Sequence record: PV261924.1
Length of the DNA stretch: 64,000 bases
Direction: 5' to 3' (one strand)
Shown here: in pieces, positions 53,929-64,000 of the stretch
Position numbering within the stretch: the stretch's first letter is position 1
How the letters are laid out: each line of letters starts with the position of its first letter
Translations under genes and position numbers: made by a program
Notes under the pieces: model-generated
Database searches by the model: none
Told to the model about the DNA's origin: nothing
The model's input: only the letters and a program-made list of their open reading frames with translations

Positions 53929-56303
53929 CAGAACTTACCTACACAGTCAATGACTCTAACAACCTTGTCTTGAGTTGTTGGTTGTTTGAGTTCATCAGAA
54001 CCAACTCTATCTATACAAAGTTTTGGTCTTAATTGAGCATTATAACCTGTCTCTGACCTAATGTAAAGTCTTGGGAACTCTGTGAATCCTTCACCTTGTT
54101 CAGTAACTTTAACAGAAATAACTCTACCCTGTTGATCAAACTTCGCCTCTGCCTTTGCACCAATGTCGGGTTCAATCACAACCTTATCTTCAAATGAATA
54201 GTTGATACCACTATTGTCAATGACAATCTCACAAAGATAAAGGATAACAGGATAAGAACCATTAGATTCTGATGGATAGTCACCTGAGACTCTATTATAA
54301 TCTGGAAGTGGAGAAGTAAACTTACCTGGACGTTCAACTGTCACAGGATTACCACCAATGATCTCTTCACCACCACCTTGATCACCTTCGATTGGTTCAG
54401 TAACTACAACAGTACCAGGTGGAATCGTAACTTCATCTCCTGGTCCAACAACAATAATATTACCTGGTGGTTTAGGTACATCATAATCACCGTTTGGTTT
54501 CTTGACTATAGAATCATCTGGATCAGCCCATGTGTATTCGTTACCACCTTTACTACCATCAGGAGCAGATAAGTAACCAGTGCCAGGATAAACAACTTCG
54601 ATGTCTACAATACCACTTTGAATATTACCATCATCATCGGTATAGTCCTCAACAATTGGTCTAATGACTGCACCTTTACCTTTACCGCACTGGTCTTTGA
54701 CCTTTGCAAAACTTCTTTGTGGGTCGTAACCAAATCCAAAGCTCTTCATATCAATACCAAGAACTTCACCTGCAGTACCAATAATCAAGTTACCTGCAGC
54801 ATTTGACCCCGAACCAAAGAACTCAGCAATTGGTGGTCCACATAAAAGTGGTCCAATACCACAACCATCTACATTAAATGCATCACTGAAGTCATTGTTT
54901 AATAATCCTTCTACTCCACCTTGAGCATTTTGCAATGATGTCTCAAATCCTTTCGCAAAATTCTTTGACTTACCGATGATACTTTCTAAGTCTCCCTTAG
55001 CTAACTTACCAGCACCACTCAGAATGTTCCACTCATTAACTTCAGAACACTTAGGTTTCTCCTCACAAGTCAAGAATGAAAGAACATCTGTGATGGTTCC
55101 TACAATATCATCAACAATTGATTGTGCTTGACCAACCAATGAAGTAATAGAACCTAAGGCTTGATTAAGTGTGTCCTGAACTTGTTTAATAATCTTACCA
55201 AGTGTGTTGCTTATCATATTCTCTGCGACACACTGTGCTGCGTTGATTACTTTCTTTGCAGCATCCTTGACAAAACTACCCATCTGTTCGAGTAAACCAC
55301 CAATCAATTTTCTAAACAGACAAGCAATCAAATCATTAACATTATCTACAGCCTTCTTTAGTTCTGGTCTCTCGTTAGGGAACAATAAGAAGTAAGTCTT
55401 CTTCATACCCTTATTGACTGTGTTGATAACAAACTTTTGAACCTGAGTGAATATCCACTTCATGTTCTCAGCAATAAACTTTTGAGCCTTCTCAATCTGT
55501 TTATTGATTTGTTCTTGAATGTCACCGATATTATTCTTGACAGCAAGAGAGTATTTGTATTGTGACTTTTGAAGTTTCTGAATTTCTACAATAATATTCT
55601 GAAGTTGTTTTTGAATTCTACCTGTAGGGATTGGTTCACAATCTTCTGGTTCAGCAATGGGTTGACTTTGTTCCTCTGCTGCCACTGCAGATGCAGCTTC
55701 TTTAATAGCAGTTGATGCACTTGCAAATTCAATAACCTCTTTATTATTTTTAGGCCCTGACTTTGGTCCTTGTGCTTCTGTCTTACCTTCTCCATTACCC
55801 CCAGTTTGTTCTACAACCTGACCACCTTGTTCAACTCTCAGAGAGTAATATGAAGTGTTATCATTCTCTGTATAACCACTGAATGGAACAAACCTTGCCT
55901 TGGTTATGTTTTTACTGACAGCAGCATACTCATTGTTACCAAGGATACCCATAATGACAGGCATCTGAGCATCCTCACCATCCATGAAGAAGCCAAAGAC
56001 AAAATCACCCTGAGATATGTTTGCAGACTGAGAACCTGAACGCCCACCACCACCAGCAGTGACTGGATACATGACATATGCCCATGGCAATTCCTCATCA
56101 GGAATTTCATCAATGTTTGCAGTATGGTAACCCATAATGCGAACACGGTATCTCTCACCGAAACCCTTTATCTCTTCATTAGAACCGACAGGAACACCAG
56201 GCTTATTGTCTTTCCATGAGGACTCAGGGGCAACCTGACCGATCCACCAAATGAATCCGTCTCTACCTACGAAATATCTTTTAAAGAGTCCTTGTTCTAT
56301 CAT
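53928..56303 (-). CDS. gp5: baseplate hub/tail spike protein gp5 (OB-fold N-terminus)
   Basis: WWIGQV...RYRVRIMGYH...LPWA...VFGFFMDG..AQ.PVIMG. Confidence 0.85.
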   Translation of the reverse strand: MIEQGLFKRYFVGRDGFIWWIGQVAPESSWKDNKPGVPVGSNEEIKGFGERYRVRIMGYHTANIDEIPDEELPWAYVMYPVTAGGGGRSGSQSANISQGDFVFGFFMDGEDAQMPVIMGILGNNEYAAVSKNITKARFVPFSGYTENDNTSYYSLRVEQGGQVVEQTGGNGEGKTEAQGPKSGPKNNKEVIEFASASTAIKEAASAVAAEEQSQPIAEPEDCEPIPTGRIQKQLQNIIVEIQKLQKSQYKYSLAVKNNIGDIQEQINKQIEKAQKFIAENMKWIFTQVQKFVINTVNKGMKKTYFLLFPNERPELKKAVDNVNDLIACLFRKLIGGLLEQMGSFVKDAAKKVINAAQCVAENMISNTLGKIIKQVQDTLNQALGSITSLVGQAQSIVDDIVGTITDVLSFLTCEEKPKCSEVNEWNILSGAGKLAKGDLESIIGKSKNFAKGFETSLQNAQGGVEGLLNNDFSDAFNVDGCGIGPLLCGPPIAEFFGSGSNAAGNLIIGTAGEVLGIDMKSFGFGYDPQRSFAKVKDQCGKGKGAVIRPIVEDYTDDDGNIQSGIVDIEVVYPGTGYLSAPDGSKGGNEYTWADPDDSIVKKPNGDYDVPKPPGNIIVVGPGDEVTIPPGTVVVTEPIEGDQGGGEEIIGGNPVTVERPGKFTSPLPDYNRVSGDYPSESNGSYPVILYLCEIVIDNSGINYSFEDKVVIEPDIGAKAEAKFDQQGRVISVKVTEQGEGFTEFPRLYIRSETGYNAQLRPKLCIDRVGSDELKQPTTQDKVVRVIDCVGKF

Positions 56304-57616
56304 TTAAATCCTGTTTTCTTACCAAATGAATCTCTAACCAGAGCTAATTTTGTAAAAGATTCTCGTGGTGTAATCCTATGACACACACTTGCTACCATAT
56401 ATATACCTCCTGTCTGAGGATTTGTATCCTTTGTTTGTTCTCCAGTTACCTCAGGAAATTCACACTGTACCACATCACCAGCCTTAATGCTCAAGTCTGC
56501 TTCAAGAGTCACATTAATCTTGACTGTGAACATCTGATTGTATCTCATCACAGACTGAGCCATGGTGTTCTCAGCATCATAGTTAGGTGAGGATGGATTC
56601 TGTTTCCATTGTTCTAACTGGTCATTACCAGTACCGTTAGGCATTGCACCCACATCAAACACATGACTCATCAAACGTGTGGGTGTTTCTGTAAATTCTT
56701 TTGCAACTAAGTCACCAGCAAAATACTTACCTGCCTTACCCACATTGTCAGGTTTGTACTTGAATTCTTTTACATAATAATCCATAGCAAATGGATTGAA
56801 GTAGATTGCTCTACTATTATATGTGCCGAGTGTCAGGTTTTGTTTAAGGTCAATGTCACTGTCAATAGAAAAGTCTAACACGTTTGCATCATTACCTTGA
56901 CTTGTCTCACCAGTATTGTTAAAGATATATTTCTTGACTGGCTCTTGTTCGAATAACTTATCGATTGACCTAAAATTCATACCATCTCTGGTTTGATAGA
57001 ATAGAAAACCTGCCCTTGATCCTACATCTTTATCAGGTACAGCCTTTGATGCCAACCATGTACATGTATAGAATGGTTTCCTATCACTACCAATGAAATT
57101 ATAATTCAATGATGTGTTATCTACCTGTTCAATCTTAACATTATCACCAAGAGTACCTAGGATCTCATTGACATGTTCAGAGATCTTACCCTCATATCTT
57201 TTCATTACTCTCTGTTGTTCATTCGCAAAGAATTCTTTCGATGCAAAGTCAACAAAGAATACATCCTTAGATGTACCAGGGTCAGCATCTCTCACTCTAT
57301 TGACATAGAGACCCTGTAAAGATTGAAAGGAGAGTTTATTTTCTTTATTGTCTTCGATAACAATGTCAGTTCTTTCACCACCTCTGATAGGTAGAGCATC
57401 GAGAACACCCTTAGACGCCTTGATACTACCGCCATCACTCTCATATCCACTATCAACTACCACTGCAGTTGCGGTAACATTATTAGATAACACACTCTCG
57501 TAGTATCTAAATTCAACCACACCACCAGATAAGTCAATCGCTTTATCGGATTGATTAGAACTAATCTTAAATTTTTGAATGTTACCAGGAGATGCTGGTG
57601 CGTTTTGTGATGGCAT
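56300..57616 (-). CDS. probable baseplate hub protein (gp27/VgrG-like)
   Basis: position upstream of gp5; YESV..N, FLFYQT.DG.NFRSID, GD.V...SGIY.V..V.H motifs. Confidence 0.55.
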   Translation of the reverse strand: MPSQNAPASPGNIQKFKISSNQSDKAIDLSGGVVEFRYYESVLSNNVTATAVVVDSGYESDGGSIKASKGVLDALPIRGGERTDIVIEDNKENKLSFQSLQGLYVNRVRDADPGTSKDVFFVDFASKEFFANEQQRVMKRYEGKISEHVNEILGTLGDNVKIEQVDNTSLNYNFIGSDRKPFYTCTWLASKAVPDKDVGSRAGFLFYQTRDGMNFRSIDKLFEQEPVKKYIFNNTGETSQGNDANVLDFSIDSDIDLKQNLTLGTYNSRAIYFNPFAMDYYVKEFKYKPDNVGKAGKYFAGDLVAKEFTETPTRLMSHVFDVGAMPNGTGNDQLEQWKQNPSSPNYDAENTMAQSVMRYNQMFTVKINVTLEADLSIKAGDVVQCEFPEVTGEQTKDTNPQTGGIYMVASVCHRITPRESFTKLALVRDSFGKKTGFK

Positions 57617-60435
57617 TATCCCTGTTTATATAAGAATCCCATAAGTTGAGACTTGTAATAACTATTTACTACGGCTGAAGTAGACACACTCATCATAGGT
57701 ACACCACTCTGTCCACCTCCTCCTGATGGTTGTTGACCAGGAATAGGAATTGGTGTGATACTACCTTGACCATACATTTGATCGTAAGATCCACGTCTAT
57801 TAATGTTCACGTCTGGACGAGCACCAGGTTGATTAGGTGACAACTGTGCATTTATGTTAGGTGCTGCTCCTTCTGGTCCTTTAGCACTCAAAATCAAGTG
57901 ACCAACATATGCTGAAGGATTTCCACTACCACCATATTTAGTACCACCCTTTTTTCTATCAACCTCAAAGTGAAGGTGTGGTCCAGTTGAACTACCTCTA
58001 CCTACATCACCTTTTGCTCCACCAGTTTGACCAAGAGGAACACCAGCAGGTATCTTTTGTCCTGCACTACAAAGTCTTTTATTTAAGTGTGCCAGTCTAA
58101 ACTGCAATCCAAGAGATGGTGCCCAGGCGTCAACGACATTACCATAACCCTTTCCTACTCTTGATCCGTGCAATCCAGAATAGACAATTTCAACATCAAC
58201 ATCCAATGCAACATATGTTCCTTCTGGTGTTCCGATGTCAATACCTTTGTGTTGTGTACCCCATCTCGGTCCATAACCAGATGTGACTGGGAAACCACTT
58301 ACCATGTCTCCCTTCCTTCCCCCAGTTGTGGCTCCCATGTCTTTGATGACACCTGTTCCTCCCTGTGCCTGAACATCTAATGCAAGTTGTGCAGGTTGTG
58401 TGGTTTGTTGTGATTGAGATGTTTGTGCAGGTTGACCAAAGGCTCTCCTCAATGCCTTGGTGAATTTAGTTCCAGAAGTTCCAAATCCATCACGGGTAGG
58501 ATCCTTGGTCATGTTAGAGTCTAACCAATTCGCTGCATGAACCCATCCTTGGTTATGAGCAAATCCCAGATATGAAAGTCTTTCAATACCACTAGCATCT
58601 CTGTATCGTTGAGATCCTCTTCTTCCTGACAGTAACCTATGATTTTGTACTGCATGAGCAAGAATCATATCCTCTTGGAGTTGAGGGTTGTTTCTAAATT
58701 CTGCTCTTGATGGAACTGGTATACCTAATATATTTGCCGCATCAATTTTAGCAGCATTACCCATTTGATAACGACCATCATATAGATTACCACTACCACC
58801 AATCGCACCATAAGAATCTCTGAGACTATATCCAGATGTTTCGATAGATGCCAGAGTATCTTTATATGTCTTCCACTGTGATGCAGTAATACCTAAAGTA
58901 TTGTATAATCTTTGTGCACTAGATGAAGGGCCTAGATTTGATGAGTAACCAGTAGGTGATGCTCCACTTCTTCCACCACCAGAAGCCCCCGTAGTTCTAC
59001 TAGTTGAAGGTGTGTACTGAGATGGTTCTACATATTGGAAACCATTCCATACCATTTGTTTTCCATTGATCGTTGCAGTTTGACCAGGTTTTGGATTTTT
59101 TCTTCTATTAAATTCCTCTCTAGTCAATCCAGTTCCAGACACTCCACCAGCACTCTCCTTGTCTTCGGGCTTTACTGGTGGAACAAGACCCATCTTTTCT
59201 TTAATCAATTCATATAAAGCTTTACCAGCCCAGTCACCAATCATACCACCGAGAATAGCACCAGCAGCTGTACCTGCAAAAGGAAATACAACAGAACCAA
59301 TACCACCACCAATCCAGGCACCAATACCACCACCAATTGCCCCAACTACAGCCCTATCAAGTGGTTCACCAAGTAACATATCGATAAAGACACTCAGAAG
59401 TCCACCGATGACAGGAACTCTTTTAAATATGCCACCAATCTTTAAAATCCTTTTACCACCTTCACCAAACAAATTTTTTGCAGTGGCTTTAGATCCTTGT
59501 TGTACTGCAACCTTTCCTGTAGTTCTACTTAAAGATTTAGAAGTTTGAGATGCTACAGTTCCAGCATTCTTTGCAACTTGTTTGGTGACACTTTTCGTAC
59601 CTTGACCAGTTACCTGACCAGTAATCTTCTTTACAAAACCAACTATTCCTTCACCAATAGAACCAAAGGTTTTCTTTGCAAGAGGAAGTACTTGCTTCAT
59701 TTTCCTAGTCAGAACTTGACCACCCTTACTCAAACCTTTCCATGTGGTTTTGAATATACCTTTAATAGGACCAGTAAATACTGAGGAAATTCCTGTAATG
59801 ACGCCCTTCAACATCTTGAAAGGATCTTCAAAGTTTTCACCTAAAGTGGTGAATAAATTCTCAATAGTTTCATAGTTATTAAGGAGGAATAATGTCAATC
59901 CTCCCATTGCAATATTGGTTATGAAATCAAAGATACCAAAGTTCTTACCAATCGTTTTACCGACTGATAAAATACCACCCCCACCTCGTTTCTTCTCTAG
60001 TTCCTCTTCCTTTTTTCTTGCCTTTTCAATTCGTTGTTTATCTTTTAAATCCCTATTGGCTTCTTTCTTTGCTTTACTTTCAGCCTCACTCGCCTTAACA
60101 AGTGTTGAGGTTGTATTATTAATGTTGTCAAGTTGTTTACTGATAGACTCAAACGATGCCTTACCAGATGTTTGTGTTGAACGATCAGATTGATTTGATT
60201 TATAGACAGATTTAGGTAACTTGATCGCCTTTATCTTCTTGGCCTTTGGACTCGATACCTTTTCAGATACTTTTCTACCAACATCTTGAGTCTTCTTTGT
60301 TACGGTCTGTTTTGCCTTATCCTTTGCCTTACCTTTGACAAACTTCTTGGCACCACCCATGACAGCCTTCTTGGCACCGCCTTTGGCAGCACCAGCTAAT
60401 AAACCTTTTGCTCCTGCTAGTAAGGGTAATGCCAT
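57616..60435 (-). CDS. tape-measure/hub-like protein with lysozyme-like and M23 peptidase domains
   Basis: SIETSG...GRYQMG; TSGYG.RWG..HKGIDIG...HL...STGPHLHFEV. Confidence 0.75.
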   Translation of the reverse strand: MALPLLAGAKGLLAGAAKGGAKKAVMGGAKKFVKGKAKDKAKQTVTKKTQDVGRKVSEKVSSPKAKKIKAIKLPKSVYKSNQSDRSTQTSGKASFESISKQLDNINNTTSTLVKASEAESKAKKEANRDLKDKQRIEKARKKEEELEKKRGGGGILSVGKTIGKNFGIFDFITNIAMGGLTLFLLNNYETIENLFTTLGENFEDPFKMLKGVITGISSVFTGPIKGIFKTTWKGLSKGGQVLTRKMKQVLPLAKKTFGSIGEGIVGFVKKITGQVTGQGTKSVTKQVAKNAGTVASQTSKSLSRTTGKVAVQQGSKATAKNLFGEGGKRILKIGGIFKRVPVIGGLLSVFIDMLLGEPLDRAVVGAIGGGIGAWIGGGIGSVVFPFAGTAAGAILGGMIGDWAGKALYELIKEKMGLVPPVKPEDKESAGGVSGTGLTREEFNRRKNPKPGQTATINGKQMVWNGFQYVEPSQYTPSTSRTTGASGGGRSGASPTGYSSNLGPSSSAQRLYNTLGITASQWKTYKDTLASIETSGYSLRDSYGAIGGSGNLYDGRYQMGNAAKIDAANILGIPVPSRAEFRNNPQLQEDMILAHAVQNHRLLSGRRGSQRYRDASGIERLSYLGFAHNQGWVHAANWLDSNMTKDPTRDGFGTSGTKFTKALRRAFGQPAQTSQSQQTTQPAQLALDVQAQGGTGVIKDMGATTGGRKGDMVSGFPVTSGYGPRWGTQHKGIDIGTPEGTYVALDVDVEIVYSGLHGSRVGKGYGNVVDAWAPSLGLQFRLAHLNKRLCSAGQKIPAGVPLGQTGGAKGDVGRGSSTGPHLHFEVDRKKGGTKYGGSGNPSAYVGHLILSAKGPEGAAPNINAQLSPNQPGARPDVNINRRGSYDQMYGQGSITPIPIPGQQPSGGGGQSGVPMMSVSTSAVVNSYYKSQLMGFLYKQG

Positions 60436-60438
60436 GTC

Positions 60439-62934
60439 TTATCCCACTATATTATAGATTGATTTGACAACAATAAGGTCAAAATTATTTAAATCCTCAG
60501 CAGAGAATCCTGGTACTTGTTTTTGTGCTGCACTTGCTGCACTGTTAGTTGTCTGACCACCCATAGGAACAGGTAAAACTGCTGTTCCACCACCTTGTGG
60601 TTGATATGGATGAATATTCATATTCAATTGTGGTCTGGACACTTGTGCACCTGGTGGTGGAGGAAGAACAGGTGCAGGAGGTGCACCTGATAAATCATCT
60701 GCTTGTACTGGTGATGCACCAACACTAGGTAAGATACCTCTCAAGATCTTCTCTGCCATCCGCAAAGAATGAGGACCCTGTGTTCCTCTCTTGACCTCTT
60801 CCAACAATCCACGAATGGCTGGGTCATCAATACGAGCCAGTTCCAATAATGTACCACCACCCCTTGTAACACCCTTACTACTTGGGTCAAAGGATGAACT
60901 ATATCTACCAAACTCATTCATCAGTGAACGGTCAGTAGCTGACTCATTGGCACTAGGTAATACACCTGCTTTACCAAATCCTCTTGCATCAAAGTGAAGG
61001 TCAACATATTGTTGTCCTCTCACACTCTCAACCTCTTGAGGTACTTGACTCAATCCACTCCAAGAATAGATGTCTCTAAATCCAATCTTGTCACTTAGTC
61101 CTCTCTGTTGTACTAGAGTCTTAAGTGTCGATACGACGTGTCTCGTTGCCTCCCACTCCTTGACACCTGTGGGATTTGTATTACCACCAGAAGAACCATC
61201 ATCAGCAGTACCTTGGACTGACCTGTTGTCTGACCCTAATCCAATACCTCGTGCAGCATTTGATGGTGTTGGAGCATGACCTGCACCAATAATAACTTTA
61301 CCTACCTGGCCACCACCTTCGAAGCCTTGGATCTTACCAAACTTAGGTTTGTTACTACCACCTGCCATTGCATTGGCAGCAAGAAGATTGTCGGCACCAT
61401 ACATATCGACTGCTTTCTTACTCATCATAATTTCACCAGGTTGTGCAGCAATCAACTGGGTGTCTTTACCCATACCTTTGATTGTCATACCTGTCATCTT
61501 GTCGATGGCACCACCATCAAAGAGTGAAAGGTTCTTGATGTCTACTACTTGACCACCACCCTCTTGTTGTTGCATCCATTGAGGATAAGGTATCTGTGGT
61601 ATATTTGGAATCGCAATATTAGGGATGTCAGGGAACTTAGGGACCTGTATAATAGGTACTATTTTTTGAATTTGTTTTAATGCAAATTCTAATTCATTAA
61701 ACGCTGAGTTCAACGTATTAATATAGACATTAATAGGATATAAAACAGTATTATTGATGAAGTTAATAATGTTGTTCAAGAAATCAACTATACTATTTCC
61801 AAAATCAATGATAGGTTTCAAATACTTACCAGGATTCTGAACGATATCCAAAATCAGATTAATTGCACCACCAAGTAAAATATTCTTAAAGAAATCTCCG
61901 ATCATATCGAAGATACCCTTCACTGGTTTTAATGCCTTTTCAATCTTCTCACCTTTCTTTTTATCTGTTGCCTCAAGTTTTGCTTCCTTCTCTCTGAACC
62001 CTTCAGTCTCTTCCTTTGCTGCAAGTTTTCTTGCAGTCTCCTTTTCAAGTTCTAACTTATCCTGATTGATCTTTAAAAGTTTCTGTAAGTTCTTATCAAT
62101 ATTAGTGAGAGACTTTGAGATAGGGACAAGTTTCTCTTGTACATCCTCTTGGAGGTCTGCCTTTACACTCTCAGGTACATTTGAAGCTGACGACGTGGAT
62201 GATGGAAGTAACTTATCTGTCTGAACTTTGGTTGGTCCAGTGGGTTTTGATTTACTTTTTCTATTAACAAAGTTCGAAGTCCTTACAGTCTTTTTCCTAG
62301 ACTTTGGTTTAAATCTACCAGACTTAGACTTTACCTTTTTATATTCATCATCAATTAATTCACTTTCCTCAGTAGGAATTTTACTACCAGACATTCTGGC
62401 AGCCATCATTCTCTCCTTTAAGAGAGTTTTATATGTATCGTAATCTAAGTCACTGACATCTTCTAATCCAAGGAGACTTAGAATTCTTGGGTCTACATCT
62501 TCACTCTTGGGTGGTGTAGTTTTCTTTTGAGTAACACTCTTTACTATTGCAGTAGTCTTACCTTTTTTGTCACCACCCTTTTCTTTTTTGAGAGTATCTA
62601 CATCATCTCTGATTTCTTTCAGAAGGTCATCAAGACCATCTGGAATTTGTTGTTGTTTTTTATTTGACTTTTTTGCAGCCTTTACATTCTTTGTAGTTAC
62701 ATTTCCAATATTACCTTTCTCATCAAATTCACCTGCAAGTCCTCTTGCAATATCAGTGAAGTCATTCGATCTTCCTTGAATGAGTTCACTATCAAGTTTA
62801 GATTGTTCTCTTTCGTTGAGTGAATTGTAGTATTTTGATAGTTGAGCAATATGAGCATCAGAAAGTTTATCGGCAAGTTTCTTGCCGAGTTTCACTTCGT
62901 AAGCCTTTCTTAGTCTAGCTGGGTCTCTAGCCAT
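60439..62934 (-). CDS. tape-measure/hub-like protein with N-acetylmuramoyl-L-alanine amidase (Amidase_3-like) domain
   Basis: VIIGAGH...E...VDLHFDA...LLELA; coiled-coil N-terminus. Confidence 0.7.
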   Translation of the reverse strand: MARDPARLRKAYEVKLGKKLADKLSDAHIAQLSKYYNSLNEREQSKLDSELIQGRSNDFTDIARGLAGEFDEKGNIGNVTTKNVKAAKKSNKKQQQIPDGLDDLLKEIRDDVDTLKKEKGGDKKGKTTAIVKSVTQKKTTPPKSEDVDPRILSLLGLEDVSDLDYDTYKTLLKERMMAARMSGSKIPTEESELIDDEYKKVKSKSGRFKPKSRKKTVRTSNFVNRKSKSKPTGPTKVQTDKLLPSSTSSASNVPESVKADLQEDVQEKLVPISKSLTNIDKNLQKLLKINQDKLELEKETARKLAAKEETEGFREKEAKLEATDKKKGEKIEKALKPVKGIFDMIGDFFKNILLGGAINLILDIVQNPGKYLKPIIDFGNSIVDFLNNIINFINNTVLYPINVYINTLNSAFNELEFALKQIQKIVPIIQVPKFPDIPNIAIPNIPQIPYPQWMQQQEGGGQVVDIKNLSLFDGGAIDKMTGMTIKGMGKDTQLIAAQPGEIMMSKKAVDMYGADNLLAANAMAGGSNKPKFGKIQGFEGGGQVGKVIIGAGHAPTPSNAARGIGLGSDNRSVQGTADDGSSGGNTNPTGVKEWEATRHVVSTLKTLVQQRGLSDKIGFRDIYSWSGLSQVPQEVESVRGQQYVDLHFDARGFGKAGVLPSANESATDRSLMNEFGRYSSSFDPSSKGVTRGGGTLLELARIDDPAIRGLLEEVKRGTQGPHSLRMAEKILRGILPSVGASPVQADDLSGAPPAPVLPPPPGAQVSRPQLNMNIHPYQPQGGGTAVLPVPMGGQTTNSAASAAQKQVPGFSAEDLNNFDLIVVKSIYNIVG

Positions 62935-63094
62935 TCCTTGCCTTCATCTTTTGCTCTTCTTCCTCAAGATGTTCTTGGAGTAATGCAACGTAGATGTCTC
63001 GTTCCCAAGGCATCATGTTTTCAAGCTCTGTTAATGAATATTTATGGTACTGCATCAAGGCAAAAGTTAATCTGAAGTAGTTCTCCAGATCCAT
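62927..63094 (-). CDS. gp51: baseplate hub assembly catalyst gp51, 55 aa
   Basis: hand-translated: NYFRLTFALMQYHKYSLTELENMMPWERDIYVALL. Confidence 0.85.
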   Translation of the reverse strand: MDLENYFRLTFALMQYHKYSLTELENMMPWERDIYVALLQEHLEEEEQKMKARNG

Positions 63095-63105
63095 GTGGAC
63101 AAGGC

Positions 63106-63822
63106 CTATCCGAAAAAACTTGATAACCCTTCCAGCACAACAGTACTCTTTACTTTAGTAACAGGATTTTTTACCTCAATAGTATGAGATAACTTAGGCA
63201 TTGTCTCAAAGAACTTCTCAATCTCTTTGAACTGAGTGGAACTCATCTGTTCAAGGAATTCGATCACTTCTTTATTGGTAACGTCAGCAGTTGACCATAC
63301 CTCTTCTTCACTATAAATCTTGTCAATACAAGTTGCAATCAATTCAAATGATTTATCAACAGAGTTATCATCAAAGTCAAAGTTGTTCTTGATGAATTGA
63401 TCCAATGATGGATACTTCATCTCCATCATCAAAGTGTCATCAAGTTTGATTTGTTTTGAATGGTTCTCATTCTCCACCACCTTAATATCCTCAAGGTCAA
63501 TCTTCACATTGATCGATGTCTCACCATCATCAGGTGCAATAATACCTACCTCAACTTCTTCACCAACAGACTTACCTCTAATGTTTAAGAAGAGATACTC
63601 AATATCAAATGTAGGAAGTTCCTCAACCTTAATACCTCTGGTAGAGATACAGTTCTTGATTACGGTTTTAATTGCAGTTGTAATCTGTTGAGTATCCTCA
63701 CTCTCAAGTGCAAGGACAAGAAGTTTTTCTTCCTTTACAAGGAAAGGTCTAAATTTGATTTTCTGTTTGGTAGAAGGCAACTCAAGCTCATAAGTTGGAG
63801 TAACAATCTTTGGTAAAGGCAT
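63106..63822 (-). CDS. gp26: baseplate hub subunit gp26
   Basis: MPLPKIVTPTYELELPST..KIKFRPFLVKEEK...FDIEYLFLNIRGKSVGE. Confidence 0.9.
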   Translation of the reverse strand: MPLPKIVTPTYELELPSTKQKIKFRPFLVKEEKLLVLALESEDTQQITTAIKTVIKNCISTRGIKVEELPTFDIEYLFLNIRGKSVGEEVEVGIIAPDDGETSINVKIDLEDIKVVENENHSKQIKLDDTLMMEMKYPSLDQFIKNNFDFDDNSVDKSFELIATCIDKIYSEEEVWSTADVTNKEVIEFLEQMSSTQFKEIEKFFETMPKLSHTIEVKNPVTKVKSTVVLEGLSSFFG

Positions 63823-63852
63823 GATATCTGATAATGATTTCAGTAAAAATAT

Positions 63853-64000
<148 letters not shown>

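Noticed and set aside
149-63691. Most + strand ORFs and nested alternative-frame ORFs in the track (e.g. 11587..12003, 44585..44998, 59159..59548, 28926..29147)
   Set aside because: They are shadows of long minus-strand genes with no motifs or expression signals; only 2557..3060 and 42092..42421 are accepted on the + strand

Overview
About 64 kb of a T4-like myovirus genome whose gene content and signals fit a cyanophage (Kyanoviridae-like). The host assignment is inferred from gene families and regulatory motifs, not from a database search. Almost all genes are on the minus strand. (1) 1-17.3 kb is an early/accessory region of about 55 small ORFs, many below the 60-aa track cutoff. It includes an SF2 helicase, a KxDG ligase-like protein, three HExxH proteins, a CP12-like protein and a free-standing HNH endonuclease. 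It is punctuated by 13 copies of a 24-bp repeat (GTGGACnTTTnRAGGTGAGTAATT) that sits just after upstream stop codons and precedes a -10-like box, giving a cassette-like layout. (2) 17.4-49.7 kb is a large array of tail-fibre/adhesin-like genes and small partner genes. Nine of the junctions carry an identical 15-bp late-promoter word, and the array shows direct traces of shuffling (a 47-codon three-way chimera and an eroded partner gene). (3) 49.8-64 kb holds tRNA-Leu(UAA), baseplate genes (gp5, gp51, gp26, partial gp4) and two long hub/tape-measure-like proteins with muralytic domains. Best leads: the early repeat-cassette array, two promoter-terminator units with no ORF (candidate sRNAs at about 49735-49790 and 1089-1245), the recombining late adhesin cassettes, and a hairpin-gated late island encoding a basic protein with a T4-like capsid-targeting sequence.
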